NCBI GenBank assembly: GCA_023213395.1
Contig: CM041465.1
Location: forward strand, 225,253,741 to 225,317,740
DNA length: 64,000 bases
Source of the DNA: Cycas panzhihuaensis
Lineage: Eukaryota > Plantae > Cycadophyta
Direction: 5' to 3'
Position numbers and translations under genes: made by a program. A model generated the notes under the pieces. The model had not been told where the DNA came from and did not search any database. It was given only the letters and a program-made list of their open reading frames with translations. Shown here in pieces: positions 1 to 14,741 of this stretch. How positions within the stretch are numbered: the first letter of the stretch is position 1; the number at the start of each line of letters is the position of its first letter.

Positions 1-668
1 ATCGTGTGCCTTACGCTAGTGTAGTAGGAAGTTTGATGTATACCATGGTATGTACAAGGCCTGACATTTCACATGCAATTAGTATAGTTAGCAAGTTTAT
101 GGCAAATCTAAGAAAGGAACATTGGGCAGCAGTGAAATGGGTGCTTCGGTATTTGAGAGGCACAAGTGACTATTGCATCACCTTTGGAGGTACATATAAT
201 CAGGTTTGTGGATATATTGATTAAGACTTTGTAGGAGATTTAGATAAGAGAAGGTCTACTTCAGGTTATGTATTCACTCTTACAAATGGTCCAGTTAGTT
301 GGATGTCAAAATTGTAGAGCACAATTGCATTATTAACTACAGAAGCTAAATATGTTGCTATAGCACATGCTTACAAAGAAGTAATCTACTTACAGTGTCT
401 ATTGGATGAGCTTGGAAGGAAACAAGAAAAGGTAAAGGTATTTTATGATAGTCAAAGTTCTATTTACCTAGCCAAGAATCTAGCTTATCATAGTAGGACA
501 AAGCATATTGCTCTTAAGTACTATTTTGTTAGATAGGTTATGGAAGCAGATGAAGTGGCATTAGAGAAGGTTAGCACAAAATAAAATTGTACTGATATGT
601 TCACAAAACCAGTACTATTAGAGAAGTTCAAATGGCATTTGACTTCTATTGGCTTGCAGAAAAGGTGA
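1..668 (+). pseudogene. Ty1/copia pol 3' end (RT C-terminus + RNase H), inactivated by stops
   Basis: Reads VPYASVVGSLMYTMVCTRPDI...GYID*DFVGDLDKRRSTSGYVF...SWMSKL*STIALLTTEAKY...YHSRTKHIALKYYFVR...DMFTKP, the canonical copia RT/RNase H motifs, with several in-frame stops. Confidence 0.95.
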
Positions 669-716
669 TGAAGGGCCCAGAAAAGGTACCAGGTAAATTG
701 TTATTAAGGTGGAGAT

Positions 717-1356
717 TGTAAGGTAATGTAACAACAATGGTTGGAGGCTAAAATTTTGACATGTTTGCAGCACAGTTTCCCTCCCAAACCTTCCTCAGGG
801 GGTTCTAAAGGAGGCAGGATCTCCCCTTGACCAGGGGGGTGCAGGGGGCACGGAATGCCCCTGGCAAAGAAGGGGTTCAGGGGCAATAGCCCCTGACCCA
901 AAAATTTAGCATTGGAAAGTATATTAAATTGTAAAGAAAATCAAGGTTGTTTGCTCAAAATACCCTAGATTCTACGGTCGAGATTTGTGCCTTAGATGAC
1001 CCTCTTATGTAGCCCAATTTAGGGTATTTTTCATTATGTTGATAGTGTTCAATGTATTGTGTGGAGTTGGGTGGCTGGTTGTTATTGCTGTGAGCACTCC
1101 GCTATAGGATTATGTAGATTTTCTCTATTCTACAACAATAAAGATCGATACCTTTCCTATGTGGATGTTTCCCTAGCACACTGCTAGGGTTTTACCATAT
1201 TATATCGAGTGTACATATGATGCTTGGCTTTCTTGTTTATTTAATAATTTTATCTCTAGCTTAAGAACTTGTATGTTAAATTTTAGTTTCAATTCCTGTA
1301 ACTAGTTGCAAGAATAATTTAGATCTTGGTGGCGGTTTAAGGGTTGGGACCTTATC
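717..1356 (+). repeat. 3' LTR of the copia element, preceded by its PPT
   Basis: AAGGTGGAGAT (706-716) is directly followed by TGTAAGG at 717. Gypsy integrase sequence resumes on - at about 1362. The right boundary is approximate. Confidence 0.7.
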
Positions 1357-1361
1357 TTCTC

Positions 1362-4300
1362 AATAGGAATAACCTCTGACCACCTCGTAAAGTAGTTTAT
1401 CATTATTACTATAAAATTATGTCCCTTATTAGAAATCAATTATATGGGTCTAATGAAATCTAACCCCCATTTTTTAAAGGGTCGTTCTATGAACACCAAC
1501 TTAAGTGGCATGGCTGCCAACTTTTACTCCCCTAAAAATCATTGGCAAACTTGGAAGTTTTTTTATTTAATAAAAGAATCCTTAAATATATTGGGCTAAA
1601 AGTAGTTATTTTATGTGTTGTCTCATAAGCAAAGTGAGCCACACATTGGCCTTTATGAAACTCTTTTAATATTATTTTAGATTCCTCAATTTTTAAGTAT
1701 TTTAATAATATTCCATCATAAGACCTTTTGTATAATTGATCTTCAATTAAAATATAAGGTTTGGATCTTAACTTTAAATATCTCCTTCCTTTCTTGTCCA
1801 TACTCTAAGGACATAACCTATTTTTTAAATAGGATATGGTAAATGTCAAAACCAACAACTACATCAAATATTTCTGTCAAAGTAAGATTGCTTACCTATA
1901 TGTGTTGCCCATCCTATTTGGCTAATTCATAAATAACTTGAAGGATTTAATTAGCTTATACCTCTTAAATCAACCAACATAATCCATGTCCCTTAACTAA
2001 CCTCATGTGTTTAAGCTCTATAATATACTCTTAAATTTTATCCAACCGCTCGATCCATCTTCTTATTGGTTTAGTTTGATTGAGCATCATCTTCATAGAA
2101 GGTTCACTTAAGTAGGCCTTAGTATGATTATTAATAATATGAGGCCTGAACCTTTTTATTACCTTAACTAAGACATAATCTTACTTTTCAATGCTACTGT
2201 AATTTATTTGATGATGCTTCAAAGTTCTACTTAGAAAAGATATGGGTTGATCTCTTTTTTCATTATCTATTTGACTCAACATAGCTACATGTATATTATC
2301 TAAAACATGGAAATATATAACAATGTCTTTCTCACAATCTAGGCTCACCGGGTTTAAAGCTTCTACAATATAAGCTTCAATATAATTAAAGGCCTACTTG
2401 GCCTCCTTATTCCATTTGAAATCAACATTTTCCCTTAAAATATCATTGAGTGGTAGTGTAGTTTATACAAGGTCAGGTATGAATCTCCTCAGGAAGTTAA
2501 TCTTCTTAAAGAAGGATTGCAATGCCTTTTTATTAATAGGCAATGGTATCTCTTCGATGATCTCAACTATATTGGGATCTATATAAGTTTCATCTTTTAA
2601 TATAATATGACCCAATAATTTACCTGGTATCACCCCAAACACTATTTTCATGGGATTAAGAGAGATCTCATACTACCTACATCTCTCAAATATTGTCCTT
2701 AAGTGTTATAAATGACTTGTTCTCCATCTTGAAAAGATAGTTAAAACATCTAAGTAGATAATAATAATAATACCAAGCAAACATTAAAGGCTTTATCAAT
2801 CATTTGGTAAAATATAACACCAACATTCCTTAGTCTAAAAGGCATTTTCTTGTATGTAAAGGTGCCATATACAGTTGTGAATGTTATCTTGTACTTATCT
2901 TCTTTTGCCATATGAATTTGGTTATACCTAGAAAACCCATCTAATAATGACATGAACTTTGATCCAATTACTATTTATAATATTTGCTCTATCCACAGTA
3001 ATAGATAGTTATCTTTCATTAATTCCTTATTCAAGTTTCTGAAATCAACATAAAGCCTTATATCTCTATTTTTCTTCCTCATTGGGACTAAATTGACCAC
3101 TTAAGTTGAGAATCTTACTAGAAACATAATACTAACATTTTTCAATTTCTATAACTCTACCCAAATCATATCCTTAATCTTTGGATTAAGAATCCTTTAT
3201 TTTTCCCTAACATGTTTTGTCCTTAAATTTAATGGAATAACATGTTGAATGATTTTGGGGCCAAAACTCTTTAGATCTTCGTAACTCCATGCAAAAATAT
3301 CTTTGAATTCTCTGCATAGATTAGTAAATTCTTGTCTTTCTTTGTTAGTATAATCTAGTTCAATGTATATAAGCTAAGGGCCTTTTAAAGTATTTAGATT
3401 AATGGGGATGTTTTATAAAACATTCATCTTTGATAGTTCTTCCTGAGTCATTATGGTCTTAGATGCATCATTATAATTAAATAATACTTTTAATCCAACT
3501 ATACCCTTAGTAAATTTATTTATCATCAACTAGCCATTTTCTTCCTCTGATGTATCCTCATCACATTTTGCAATCATCTCATTTTCGTTGTCTTCTTCTT
3601 TAACAGTAATAGCCTTAATGAAATTCCCTTAGCCTCTTATGAATGTCTATATTTACTTGTTATCTTGAAATACTTTCCAATTATTTATACCATCAAGTAC
3701 AAATGCTCTAGTGATGACTCCTACAAATTCTGGTTTACTAGAAGTATTTCTAGTTATATCTATATAAGAAGTTGCCACCACTAGTAAATCTACTAGTTGA
3801 TTACCCTGTCTAGAAATGTGCTCGATTATAATGGATTCAAAATTATTTAATTATTCCCACACTCTTTGCCTATACATTTTGAGCCTAGTATATTTCGTAG
3901 AACATGTGTTCTTAACTTAGTTTATTACTAACTCAAAATCTCCTTATATTCTTAATAGTTTAATTTGTAATTATATGGCCTTAATTAATCTCAATACAAG
4001 GGCTTCATATAATGATGTGTTTTTCATAGTATCAAATTTTGATTTAAAAGAGAAAGTAAGTATCTCAATAGAAGGAGATAGTAGAATAATCCTAGCTCCT
4101 ACTCCTTTTCTCAACTCCACCCCATTGAAAGATAGTTCCCATATCACATCTACTTTCTTCTACCTTTCTCTATACTCTTATTCCTCTATACTTGGTAGTG
4201 TTCTTATCTTAGCTCCTAGTAGCACTATATAAGTACCTAAACCACTCAAATCAAAACTTATATTGGTGGATGAACTTCCCTTGCATTCAATATGATTTCT

Positions 4301-5840
4301 AAATTTGTCCTCTCTTGATATGATGATCAAACCCTTCCCATGTGGAAGCATAATATTTCCCATTCTAATGTTATAGATTGATTGAGTATTATATTCTCAT
4401 TCTTTTATTAGCAACATGACATAGATGTGAGGCATATAAACAATCATAATTGTAATTAGAGTCATAATTTTGGAGCAAGTAATTAGGGGCACCATAAAGT
4501 CTTTGATTTCTCCAACTTTGGTAGCAGGTTAGAAATCCAGAGTTAACACTTGTTGTGTCAATTTTATACCTTTAAGACCTAATGCTTTTATTATCATAAA
4601 TGGCATAATATTGTGTGAGGCACTAGTTTCTATAATACAATTGCATAAAACATAGTCATCATGTATATTTAATGATATACAAAATGGTTCATCTTTATAT
4701 TTTAATGGTAAGAAAGTGCCAAAGTATACTTGATCTCTAATTTGATTATGTAGATGGGATGGTGTATCTTCTTCGAGAGATGTTACTAACTTCATTTTAT
4801 GTCCAGACAATTGCATAGCCTAATACAAATTTAATCTAGGAGGATATATTTTTATTTCCTTGAAGATATCATAAGTGTCTTTATCTTCCTCACTTAAAAC
4901 AATTGCAACCCTAAAATTCTTATTGATTTTTTTAGATATTTGATAAGTTTTAGAGGTAATGTTACCTTTGTTTATCTTGGAAGTATTCCCTATTTTTTTT
5001 AGTACAATAATATAATTCCTTTATCCTTCCTGATGTTGGCTTTCTAACCTTACCTAAGGTCTAGTGAAAGTTGTTAGATCACCCTAGAATAACTCTAACT
5101 CTTGACCATCCTCAAATAGGCCATGGTAATTCCAACAATTTTAGGATTAGATGTTGATGCTTCTTCATTGGTATTGGATTATTCTAATAGGTCCTTATAC
5201 TACATGCCCTATTCATTTATAGCCAGTGTCTTAAATTCTTTGTCCAAAGTCATACTTACTTGATCATCTCAAGGCTTAGGTAACATGGTAACAATTAAAT
5301 ATTTAAATTCTTTTCCTTTAGCTTGGTGTTTCTAATAAGACACTTCATTATTTAGTCTCATAATGATGTTTTGAGAATTACCTTTTATTGTCTATTGAAT
5401 TAGATGTAGCACCTCTCTTTTAAGGTTACTTGGTAGAGGAAAAGTAAGCTTTCCCCACATGTCTATCATCACTTCAAATTGTAGGGCAATGGCTTATGCA
5501 TCTTGTAGGGAAGTAGGTTCTTTAATGATAGTCATCATTCTTGTTTCAACATCTAGTCCATCTAAAAACAACTCAAGTAAAGTGGGTGTTGTAGGTTTAT
5601 AAGGTGCTTCAATTTATTTAAAGGTCTTCTTAAATTTGTTAATATAATATGTGATGCTTTCTCTTGGTCCTCTTTTCATACTAGATAATTATCAAGTGAT
5701 TATTGCTAGAGACTTCTTGTTCCTATATTTTAACTTAAAAGCTTGAATTAACCCTTTCTAAATTCTAATTGATGTATTAGGAAATGAGTAGAACTAAGCA
5801 ATAACTTCTCCTATCATCAAATGGATAAATAGTCTTATGC
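1362..5840 (-). mobile_element. Degenerate Ty3/gypsy Tat-group internal region, order gag-PR-aRH-RT-RH-INT; integrase interrupted by the copia, gag cut by a LINE
   Basis: On -: gag-like about 5400-5830; protease CIIETSASHNIMP (4529-4816); RT EFKDIFAWSY...YVDFRNLNK...LDGFSRYNQI...MPFRLRNVG (about 2400-3310); RNase H about 2000-2350; integrase LYKRSYDGILLKYL...FHKGQCVAHF and NYFTRWSEVIPI (1362-1800). Confidence 0.9.
3770..4150 (-). pseudogene. Additional archaeal-type RNase H (aRH) between protease and RT
   Basis: Hand translation: WELSFNGVELRKGVGARIILLSP...MKNTSLYEALVLRL...GDFELVIN*V...HISRQGNQLVDLL. This is a decayed form of FDG/GAG/TNNxAEYEAL/GDSxLV/HIxRxxNxxAD. Confidence 0.85.
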
Positions 5841-5844
5841 AACA

Positions 5845-8825
5845 TCAATATAAGCCCTTCAATATTGGAGAGTGATATATGATGCCCTACTCAAACTCAA
5901 GGAGTTAATAGAGATAGTACAAATAATAACTAATAATATGTACTTAGGTTTAGATAGTTTCCCTTGTGAATTTTATAAGGCCGCATGGGATTTTATTAGT
6001 CCTATCTTACTCAAAGTATATTAAGAAGTAATTTAGGCTAGGACCCTTGGGGATGTCATCAATTAAGGTTCTATTAAGCTCATCTCTAAGGGAAGAGAGC
6101 CAAATTCAATTTTTAGCTAGAGGCATGTTGCATTATTAAATATATCATATAAGATTCTTGCAAAGGCACTCACCCTACAAATAAAAAGTTGCTTATGGAA
6201 ATTTCCAAGCTAGAATAAATAAGCTTTATCAAAGGAAGGTTCATATTAAACAACTTAATAACCGTTGCAAAAGGTATGGAATCGGCCAAAATGATAAGGT
6301 AGGAAGTTACATTTCTAAAGCTTTATTTTTAAAATATGGATGATTAAGTGTGGTGGGGATATATTCTAGATGTGTTATAGGCATTGGGCTTGAGCAACAA
6401 ATTCTTAAGAATGTTTAGCACTTTTTTCAAGTATGTTTATACTCAAACTCTAGTTAATAGATCCTTGTCCAAGCTTATTCAACTTCAAAGGTTAGTTTGT
6501 GAAGGTTGTCTACTTACATTATCACTATTTGTATTGGCTACAAATATGCTTAGCTACTTGCTCTAGGAGAAGGCAAACTATGGGTTACTTAGAGACATCT
6601 CCCTCTTAGGTAAGGGGAGATAATTAATTAATGGCCACTTTGTAGTTGATATATTCCTCATCAATAAGGCAAAGCCTTCTTTAGTTAACCAGGCATTAAG
6701 AGCAGTAGATGTCTTTTGTATAACCTGTGGTTCCAAAATTAACATGAGGAAGATATCCTACCATCTACAATCAATGAATAATATCCCAGATTAGCTTACT
6801 TCATATAATTTACAATGGATTAAGCCTAGGAAAGTGTTCAAACTCCTTGGCATACTCTTTAGTCTTGAGGCCTCCTTGATAGAAATATTAAAGTATGTAC
6901 TAAGACAAGTAAAAAGAAAGCTTACCTTATGGTTGTTTAAGTTTCTTTATTTGGCCAAGAAGTTTTAGATATACTCTAGCGTACTCACAATGACCTATGT
7001 GTATAACATCTCATGTTGGGTGCCTTCTAATACAACCTATAATAAGCTTATTAGGATGCTCAAAACTTATCTATGATTAAACCTTAAAGGAAAAAGAGGA
7101 TTTTATAGGGTCAATTACTAGATATACTATAATACTAAACACCAAGGAAGCCTAGGTCTCATTGACATTAAATTTTAAGGTTAAGAACTTAATGCCAAGT
7201 GGCTTATTAGGGCTATAAAAAGTGATGAGTGCTAGAAAGTTCTAGTTAAATACAATGTGCCATAAGTAAGTCTATTTGGCAAGCACAAGTTTATACTATT
7301 TATGCGAGACATGTTAATCACACTTATACAAGTAAAGGTGGTAGATTCACATATGTTTAAATCCATCTAGACAAGTTAAGAAAGTTGTAAAGGCCTTCTA
7401 AGTTGGAGGGGTAGTGATCCATGCAGGGGATTGTCCTTTTTAGATCATTCAATTTGGTGGTCACCCTATTAAAGTGAGATAATAAATGCCTAGGCTAAAT
7501 CCAATGGTTTGAAGCAAATATATTATATAAGAAATGACTCTCCAAAGTGGGGAAGTTATTTGATAAGACCTAAGCATGGTAGAGGAATGGTTAGTTATCA
7601 AGAAGAAATTCAATATTAAAAGCTTTAGTGGGTATATTATAGAAGAAATCTAGAATCGAAGCCTAGTGGAATTAATCTTGAATCTTTCCATGATAGGAAG
7701 TAATTAATGGTGGTGTGATGAGGCCTAGAACCATTCAAAATATTTTTAGCATCACATAAGTACTACCATCTATATGAAAAGTGATGGAATAGCTTCTAGT
7801 TTAAATATCATATAAAAATTTAATTATAGCAAGTTGATATGGAAACAACATTTTGGGAGGCTCTAACACACCTTCGTGAAACCAAAAAAGTAATTATTTG
7901 TCTAGTCTTTTATTTATGATGAGTTGGTGATTAAAGAGTGGCTCTTTGGGATGGGTTAATCTAATCTGGAATATGTCTTTTGTCATTAGAAATAAACAAC
8001 TATCTACTTATTTTAGTGATGTCCTTTTGCTTGGTTAGCATATAGCCTAGTCAACATAGTACTCCTTAGCTACTCAAAGCCTCTCAATTGGAGAATGGTC
8101 CTTCTTAGCGATGTTAAATGCCTCCCTACTCCCTTATGGTTGGCTTAGGAGCTTCTAAGACTAGAAGTCCTCTATGCTATATGAATTTTTGTAACAATGT
8201 TTTTCTTTTAGCGTAAAACACCTACTATATATTTTCAATAGAGTTCTTCTTAACAATCTGTCAATCTTGTGCTATATAGATAAATACTCAAGTATAGAAG
8301 GTATAAGTGGAGCTAAGCTAGCTACTTGAGTTAATCAAACACTAAGGCTTAGCCCCTATACCATGTCCTAGGTCCTTAAGGAGGAAGGCAATTCAAGAGT
8401 CCCCACCCTTTAACATAACTGGTCTAAGGGCTAAAGTTAGGCAAGACACAACCACCCCTTTGTCCAATAGCCTAATCACTTAGCCACCTAGTTGACTAGG
8501 GTGAGAGTCATGGAGAGAACCACTAAGTTAGTTATGGTGATAACCATTGAGCAAAGGATGGAAACTATGCAAGGACCCTCCCAACAATAGAGATGATGGC
8601 TACAGAACTATTACTCCCCCTATTGGAGGTAATTGGGGGAATCTCAATCTTTGGTTATTAAAACTTGCCTACCTATGTGATCACCCTATTATGGATTCTT
8701 TTTGGTACTTTATATTCATCCATGAGATGGTGGGGATGATGTTCTCTCCCTACTTTTTTTGTTATAATATCTTAGATGTAATACTTTTAATTTAATGGAG
8801 TATCTAATTTTCAATTAAGAAAAAG
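5845..8825 (+). mobile_element. 5'-truncated degenerate LINE (L1-type) ORF2: RT and zf-RVT region, A-rich end
   Basis: GLDSFPCEFYKAAWDFI (about 5946), HVALLNISYKILAKAL (about 6124), FIKGRFI, LGILF and LGLIDI motifs, Cys/His cluster near 7970-8030, A-rich end near 8815-8825. Many stops and frameshifts. Confidence 0.8.
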
Positions 8826-9089
8826 GTTTCCATAAAAAAGTAAGGACATTAAAATAATCAATAAATGAATATTTTAATAATTTTATAAATTTTATGGTAT
8901 AATAAGGAATCTAAATATATCAATATGTATAAAGTATCATATATAATTATTCTTTCAACTAAACACATAAAGACTAAGTATTTAATAATAACATGCTTTG
9001 TGTAAAAATTGTTGAAACTAATTTGATGGTAAATTAGACATTCATTATGGTTAACTCATGTAAGTGTTTATATCTAAGATCACTTGTTA

Positions 9090-10800
9090 TATGGAGGAGA
9101 GAAGGATATAGTTGAAGGAGGATGATGGAGAGCAAGTCTTTGCACCAAATGAGGTTTCTTAATATAGGCCCTTCTCAACAAAGGAAGGATGATTAGGCCC
9201 CTAAGTAGGGTGCATGAGTGAAACATAAGGGGATCAAACCCCAAGTTTAGATTGATTTGAGTTCTCTCTCTAGTGAATTTGCTTCTTTTAATGATTATGG
9301 TCTTGTGTGTTATTTCTATAACTTGTGGCTATTACTTAAAGGCTTAAATGTATGGATTTGTTCCAACTAGGGTCTACTAATTTCTTAAGAACCTAATATC
9401 TACAATGTTGATTGTGGTTTCTTTATAGTTATCTTTAAGAATAATAGTGATAGGGAAATGATATTTGATAAGGGTCCCTAGTTTATGACATAGAATGGGT
9501 TGTTTATGATATTTTGGAAGAAGTTTTTTAATACATGGTAAGAAATTCATAGTTCCATTTGGTTCTAAGTTAAACTTCCCTTCCTTCCATTATAGTATTA
9601 GAGTGATAAAGCTTTTGAAGTTATTGGATCATCCCTTGAGTAGTTTTTTAAGGTGGTGAAAGCTACATCATCCCAAAGGGTTATGTCATTTGCCTAGATA
9701 TATGTCGATATGGACATTATTAAGGGTCTCCTAGATTATATAGAGATCATTGTGTAAAATTATCTACGAATGCAAGATATTAGTTATGAGTAATTTCCAT
9801 TTAAATGCATATTATATCATTAGCATAGACATCTTATTCATAAATGCCCATAGAAGAATGTCATATCTTGCCCATCTTCAAATAAAGTAAGCGATGAAAG
9901 GTTTATTATAGTACAACATAAGGGTCATTCAATACCTAGTTGTGCTAAGGGTTAAGGAGAATAAAAGTTGGTTTCAAATAATCAATTTCAAAGTTTAGCT
10001 AGTAATAAGAATAATGGCAATAAAGACCTTATTATGGAGCACAATTTAGATATGTTTAAGAATGTCAATGAGCGGTGTGTAGAAGGTGTTGTGTCAAGTG
10101 GGGTATGGATTGATGAGAGTGACAATAAAGATGGGGTAAGCAAAGTTTCTCCTTTTGGCATTGATCATTAGAATGAGAATGATGTTCTAAGTGACCATTT
10201 AGGTGTAATGTTGTCTTCTGAGAATCATGGTGGGTAGTATACATTAGGCATATCATCAGGTGAAGTTTCACCAATACTATAGATAAGCTTCAAAACCAAT
10301 CTAATATTTGATCTTATTATCTCCCCAATGACAAAGTTAGATGTAGATATAGGGTGTGAAACTTAGAGGGTAGGAGTTATGCTAGAAACTCAAAATCTTT
10401 AGACTCATGAAGAGATTGAGGTGCTAAAAGAACATACTGGTACATAAGGTAATTCTATTAATAGAAAGGAATTGTCGCTTATAGAGAGGGGTGGTATTGT
10501 GTTAGTACTTATAACTAAAACCCAAATAGATTGTGGGGAGATGGATGAAAAGAAGGGTAAAATATCTATGGGTAAACTGCATTTCAAGGAAATTTTACAA
10601 CAAGAAGCCACCAAAGATATCAAATGTGGAACTTAGTCCCAACTAAGATTTGGATAAGAGAAGCTTAAGTTAGATGCCCAAAAGGCAAGTCAACTAAGAA
10701 TTAGTGAAAGTATGTCAAGAACCAAGAAGGGCTCCTTCCCTCATGGATGATGATTATCATTATTAAATTATAGGCTCAACCAAGGCATCTAAAGCCTCAG
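9090..10800 (+). mobile_element. Degenerate LINE ORF1 (DUF4283/RRM-like + zinc knuckle), possibly with the first codons of ORF2
   Basis: GFFIVIFKNNSDREMIFDKGP*F...VKLPFLPL...FEVIGSSL...FA*IYVDMDIIKGL...ISYE*FPFKCILYH*HRHLIHKCP (about 9410-9850) matches the plant L1 ORF1 pattern. Confidence 0.75.
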
Positions 10801-13800
10801 ATATGAAGTGCAAAATAGAGGTGGTATGTTGTATGTAGAAAGTGACTAGATAAGACCTTTGGTAACGAGTTCTTATTGAGTTTTTTGAAGAAGGTTGTTG
10901 TAGTAGTAAGTGATAGTAGTAATGATGAGGATGATGGTGAGGTTTCTAAGCATCCAAACATAGAGTTCAATGAAGACAGTGAATCTAATGTCGATGTAAA
11001 TTGTTAAATTCTTAATGATATTCTTATAGAGAATCATTTCTCATCTATACTTTGCGAAACAAAGCCCATCAATATTATTTATATGGGTTTAAAGTGTAAG
11101 GTTAAGATGGAGATAGCCATTGTGCATGAGGTAATGATATTGATAGGGTGGTTAACCCATTGACTTATTATTTATATGGGCAATTATAGCTCTAAGTTCT
11201 GGACCTCAGTATGCTTATGGGTATATTAAGTATGCTAGTTCTTATAGTAGCAAGTTAGTGAGAACTCTTAGTCCTCATGGCATGTTATATAAGAAGTACC
11301 CATGGTGGTTGTGATACCTCTCATTGGACTTTTGTGGAAGACCTTATTAATGTGATGGTTGCAGTGTTATTTCATGTATCCCATTTGGTTGTGTTATATC
11401 TGGAGGCCTTTCTAAAGGGTTGGTTGACCCAATGATGGTGTTGCATGTCTTTTGGGTCTACTAAAGGTATGTGAGCTTAGTAGTCAATTGCTATGGAGTC
11501 TCTATGAAGTAAAGTATTAAATATGTTTTTGATTTGGAAGTATTTTATTATGAAGATGATTAATTAACACTCTTGGCTAGTTCTAGTTTGGGTAGCTAAT
11601 GTTGATGGCAATAGTAGTTCAACTTTTCTCTTGGGTTAGCGTGTAGTTATTTGGTTGGCTGATCCAAGAGTATTGGATTGGCCCATATTAGATTAGGCAA
11701 CCCAATGATGGTCTTCAAATTCCAGGTTGTACCTAGGAAGTGAATGGTAGAGTAGTCACTTGATATGACATTTTTTTATCTTTCTTTATTAGGGTTTAAA
11801 GTCTTTGAATTAGCTTAAAGGGTGAAGGCCTTTTAGTTGTATCGTAGACCATATAAGTAATCTAGTATGGGCAACATAATATGATCGATGGTACAACTCA
11901 TAGACAGAGTTAGAAAATATGATGATGTCTATTTTTAATACATCCATTAGGATGATATATGATGGGTCTTACTATTACATCATCTTCATGGGGAATAATA
12001 TTATTCCAAGCTCTGAGGTCTTTAAGCATTCGTACCATCAATGGGTCAAGAAGCTTCTCTAGGTGATTAAGAATCCTACCACTAACCATATGCCTAATAT
12101 AGCTCATCGATTATCGTATAGCATGCCAAAAGTAATGCAACTTTATGATTAAATTACTAGTGCTAGTGATAAGAAGTTTTTATGATTAGTGCATTTGCTC
12201 ATAGGAAGATTAATGTAAGCTTACATTGGTGATTTAGTCTCAATTTCATATTATCCTCTTTGTGCTACTTGTTGTATAGTTTACATTTTCTAAAGATCTT
12301 GATTAAGAAGTTTTGGCTATGTTTGTTATAGACAATCTTCAAGTAGCCTTACGAATTGTTGCTTTGAAAGTAATTGGAGAATAGAAAAGTTAGTATTACT
12401 ACAAGTAGTGTGTTTAGAGATGATGAAATATTAGTTACATTAGAGTGATATACTAAGAATGGATACATGCTAACATTTGATGGAATGGGATGGCCTGGAT
12501 TGATTGTTTGCTAGAGACTTAGTGGTGTCATGATGCTCTTAGATGTTGTAAAATATAATCAAGTAATATATTAAAGAAGCTACTATATAGGGGCCTATAT
12601 CTCTTTTGGGATATTGAGATGTCACAATAAAGTCTTATCCTTCTTTTCCTACCAATGGAATAGGCAACTATAAGATAGTTATCAAGAGCTTGAGGACTTC
12701 ATCTCAGTGTAGATTAGTGTGGTAGTTATACCTTTGGTGGCATTCCTTTATGCAGAGTCTATTAAGCCCATATTTTTGGGGCTTACTTGTGTTGGATTAA
12801 GCGGGGAGGTAGTTTATAATATGTAACTCAAAGTTATGGGGTTAAGGGGGTTTAAATAAAGGTTAGTTTTAGTGGCAACGTCCTTATAGATTTAGAACTT
12901 AAAGTCTTCATTGAGTGAAGTAAGTTGGTTATAGTCAACAATTAAAGCACATTATAAAGAGGTAAGTGTTTTAAAGATTCTAAACCATAATAATTAAAAG
13001 GGTATGCTAGTTGGTATTTGTAACTTAATGTATTTTTTATAATGATGGTATGGCATGCATTCATTAGTAGCATGGTTGGGTTGCATATTAGACCATGTAT
13101 ATTAAGGAACTTAAAGTCTTCATTGAGTGAAGTAAGTTGGTTATAGTCAATAATCAAAGCACATTATAAAAAGGTAGGGATTTTGAAGATTCTAAACCAC
13201 AACAATTAAAAGGGTATGCTAGTTGGTATTTGCAACTTAATGTATTTTTTATGATGATAGTATGCCATGCATTCATTAGTAGCATGGTTGGGTTGCATAT
13301 TAGACCATGTATATTAAGGAGTAGAGTTCAATGCGTTATTAGCAATTAAGACCAACATGCTTATGGCTTTATAGCATGGTGAGAAGGTTGAGGTGATTAT
13401 AGTTGGTTTAAAATTTACTTTATGGTGTGGTATTAGCAGGATTTTATGAGGCTCTTGCCCCCTGAATGGGCATGTGCTCTCTTTTGCAATTATTAAATGC
13501 AAGATTTCAAGGGGCTTATGGTTGCACTTAATTTGAGATTTCATGCAACTCATGGTAGTTTTGTTTAGTATGTTAATATGGGTTAAGACTATGTATTCAT
13601 AAATATTATGTAATATAGTCTTTGTACCCTTTCACATTATCAAAGGGCATAAATATGTGTGTTGTATATGTCTTTAAAGTGTGTAGGGCCAACTGTAAAT
13701 CTTGGACAATTTTAGTGGAATAGTTCCCACTATCTTGTGGTGCCTTATGTTGAAGGGTCAACCCCACTTTATAGGGAGTTTACCTATTTAAAAAAAGAAA

Positions 13801-13807
13801 AGAAAAA
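10800..13807 (+). mobile_element. Highly decayed, probably LINE-derived tail with an RNase H-like trace and A-rich end
   Basis: Weak GYMLTFDG motif near 12460-12490 and an A-tract at 13790-13807. The middle section could not be assigned. Confidence 0.3.
12895..13320. repeat. Tandem duplication, 2 x 212 bp
   Basis: GAACTTAAAGTCTTCATTGAGTGAAGTAAG... starts at 12895 and again at 13107. Confidence 0.9.
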
Positions 13808-14344
13808 GGCATTCATTAAATTTACTAAAGAAAGAAAATCCAAACCTAAGGGAGGCATTTCAAATATGCCAAGAGGCACAACTCAATGATTAACAATATA
13901 TTATTTGAGAAAGGAATTAGTCGATAATAATTGTTGTTATTGTAGATAAGGGCAATTTTAATATAAGGTTAATTAATAAGTACAATATTATAAACCTAAA
14001 AATCCATTTTTAAAAATCTTATAAATTAAACACTTGCATAGGCAATGAAGTAATATGAATAATATCCAAACTATCTTTCCTAATTATACCTTCTCAAGAC
14101 ATAGTGATTTCAAACTTCTTAACCTCATTGGCTTACGAGGAAGATCAATAAGGAAACATCTATGCTACTATAAAGGACTAAAAATATGTGTTTTAAGTTA
14201 TATATCTCTATGTGTCTAATAAAGAAAAAGAAAACCAAGTAGAAAAGCAAAGTTTCTAGGAATTGATCAATTAAACCAAGTTACCATATAATTTAATTTA
14301 TACAAAATATTATCAAACTAAAATATTAGAAATATGCATATATG

Positions 14345-14741
<397 letters not shown>

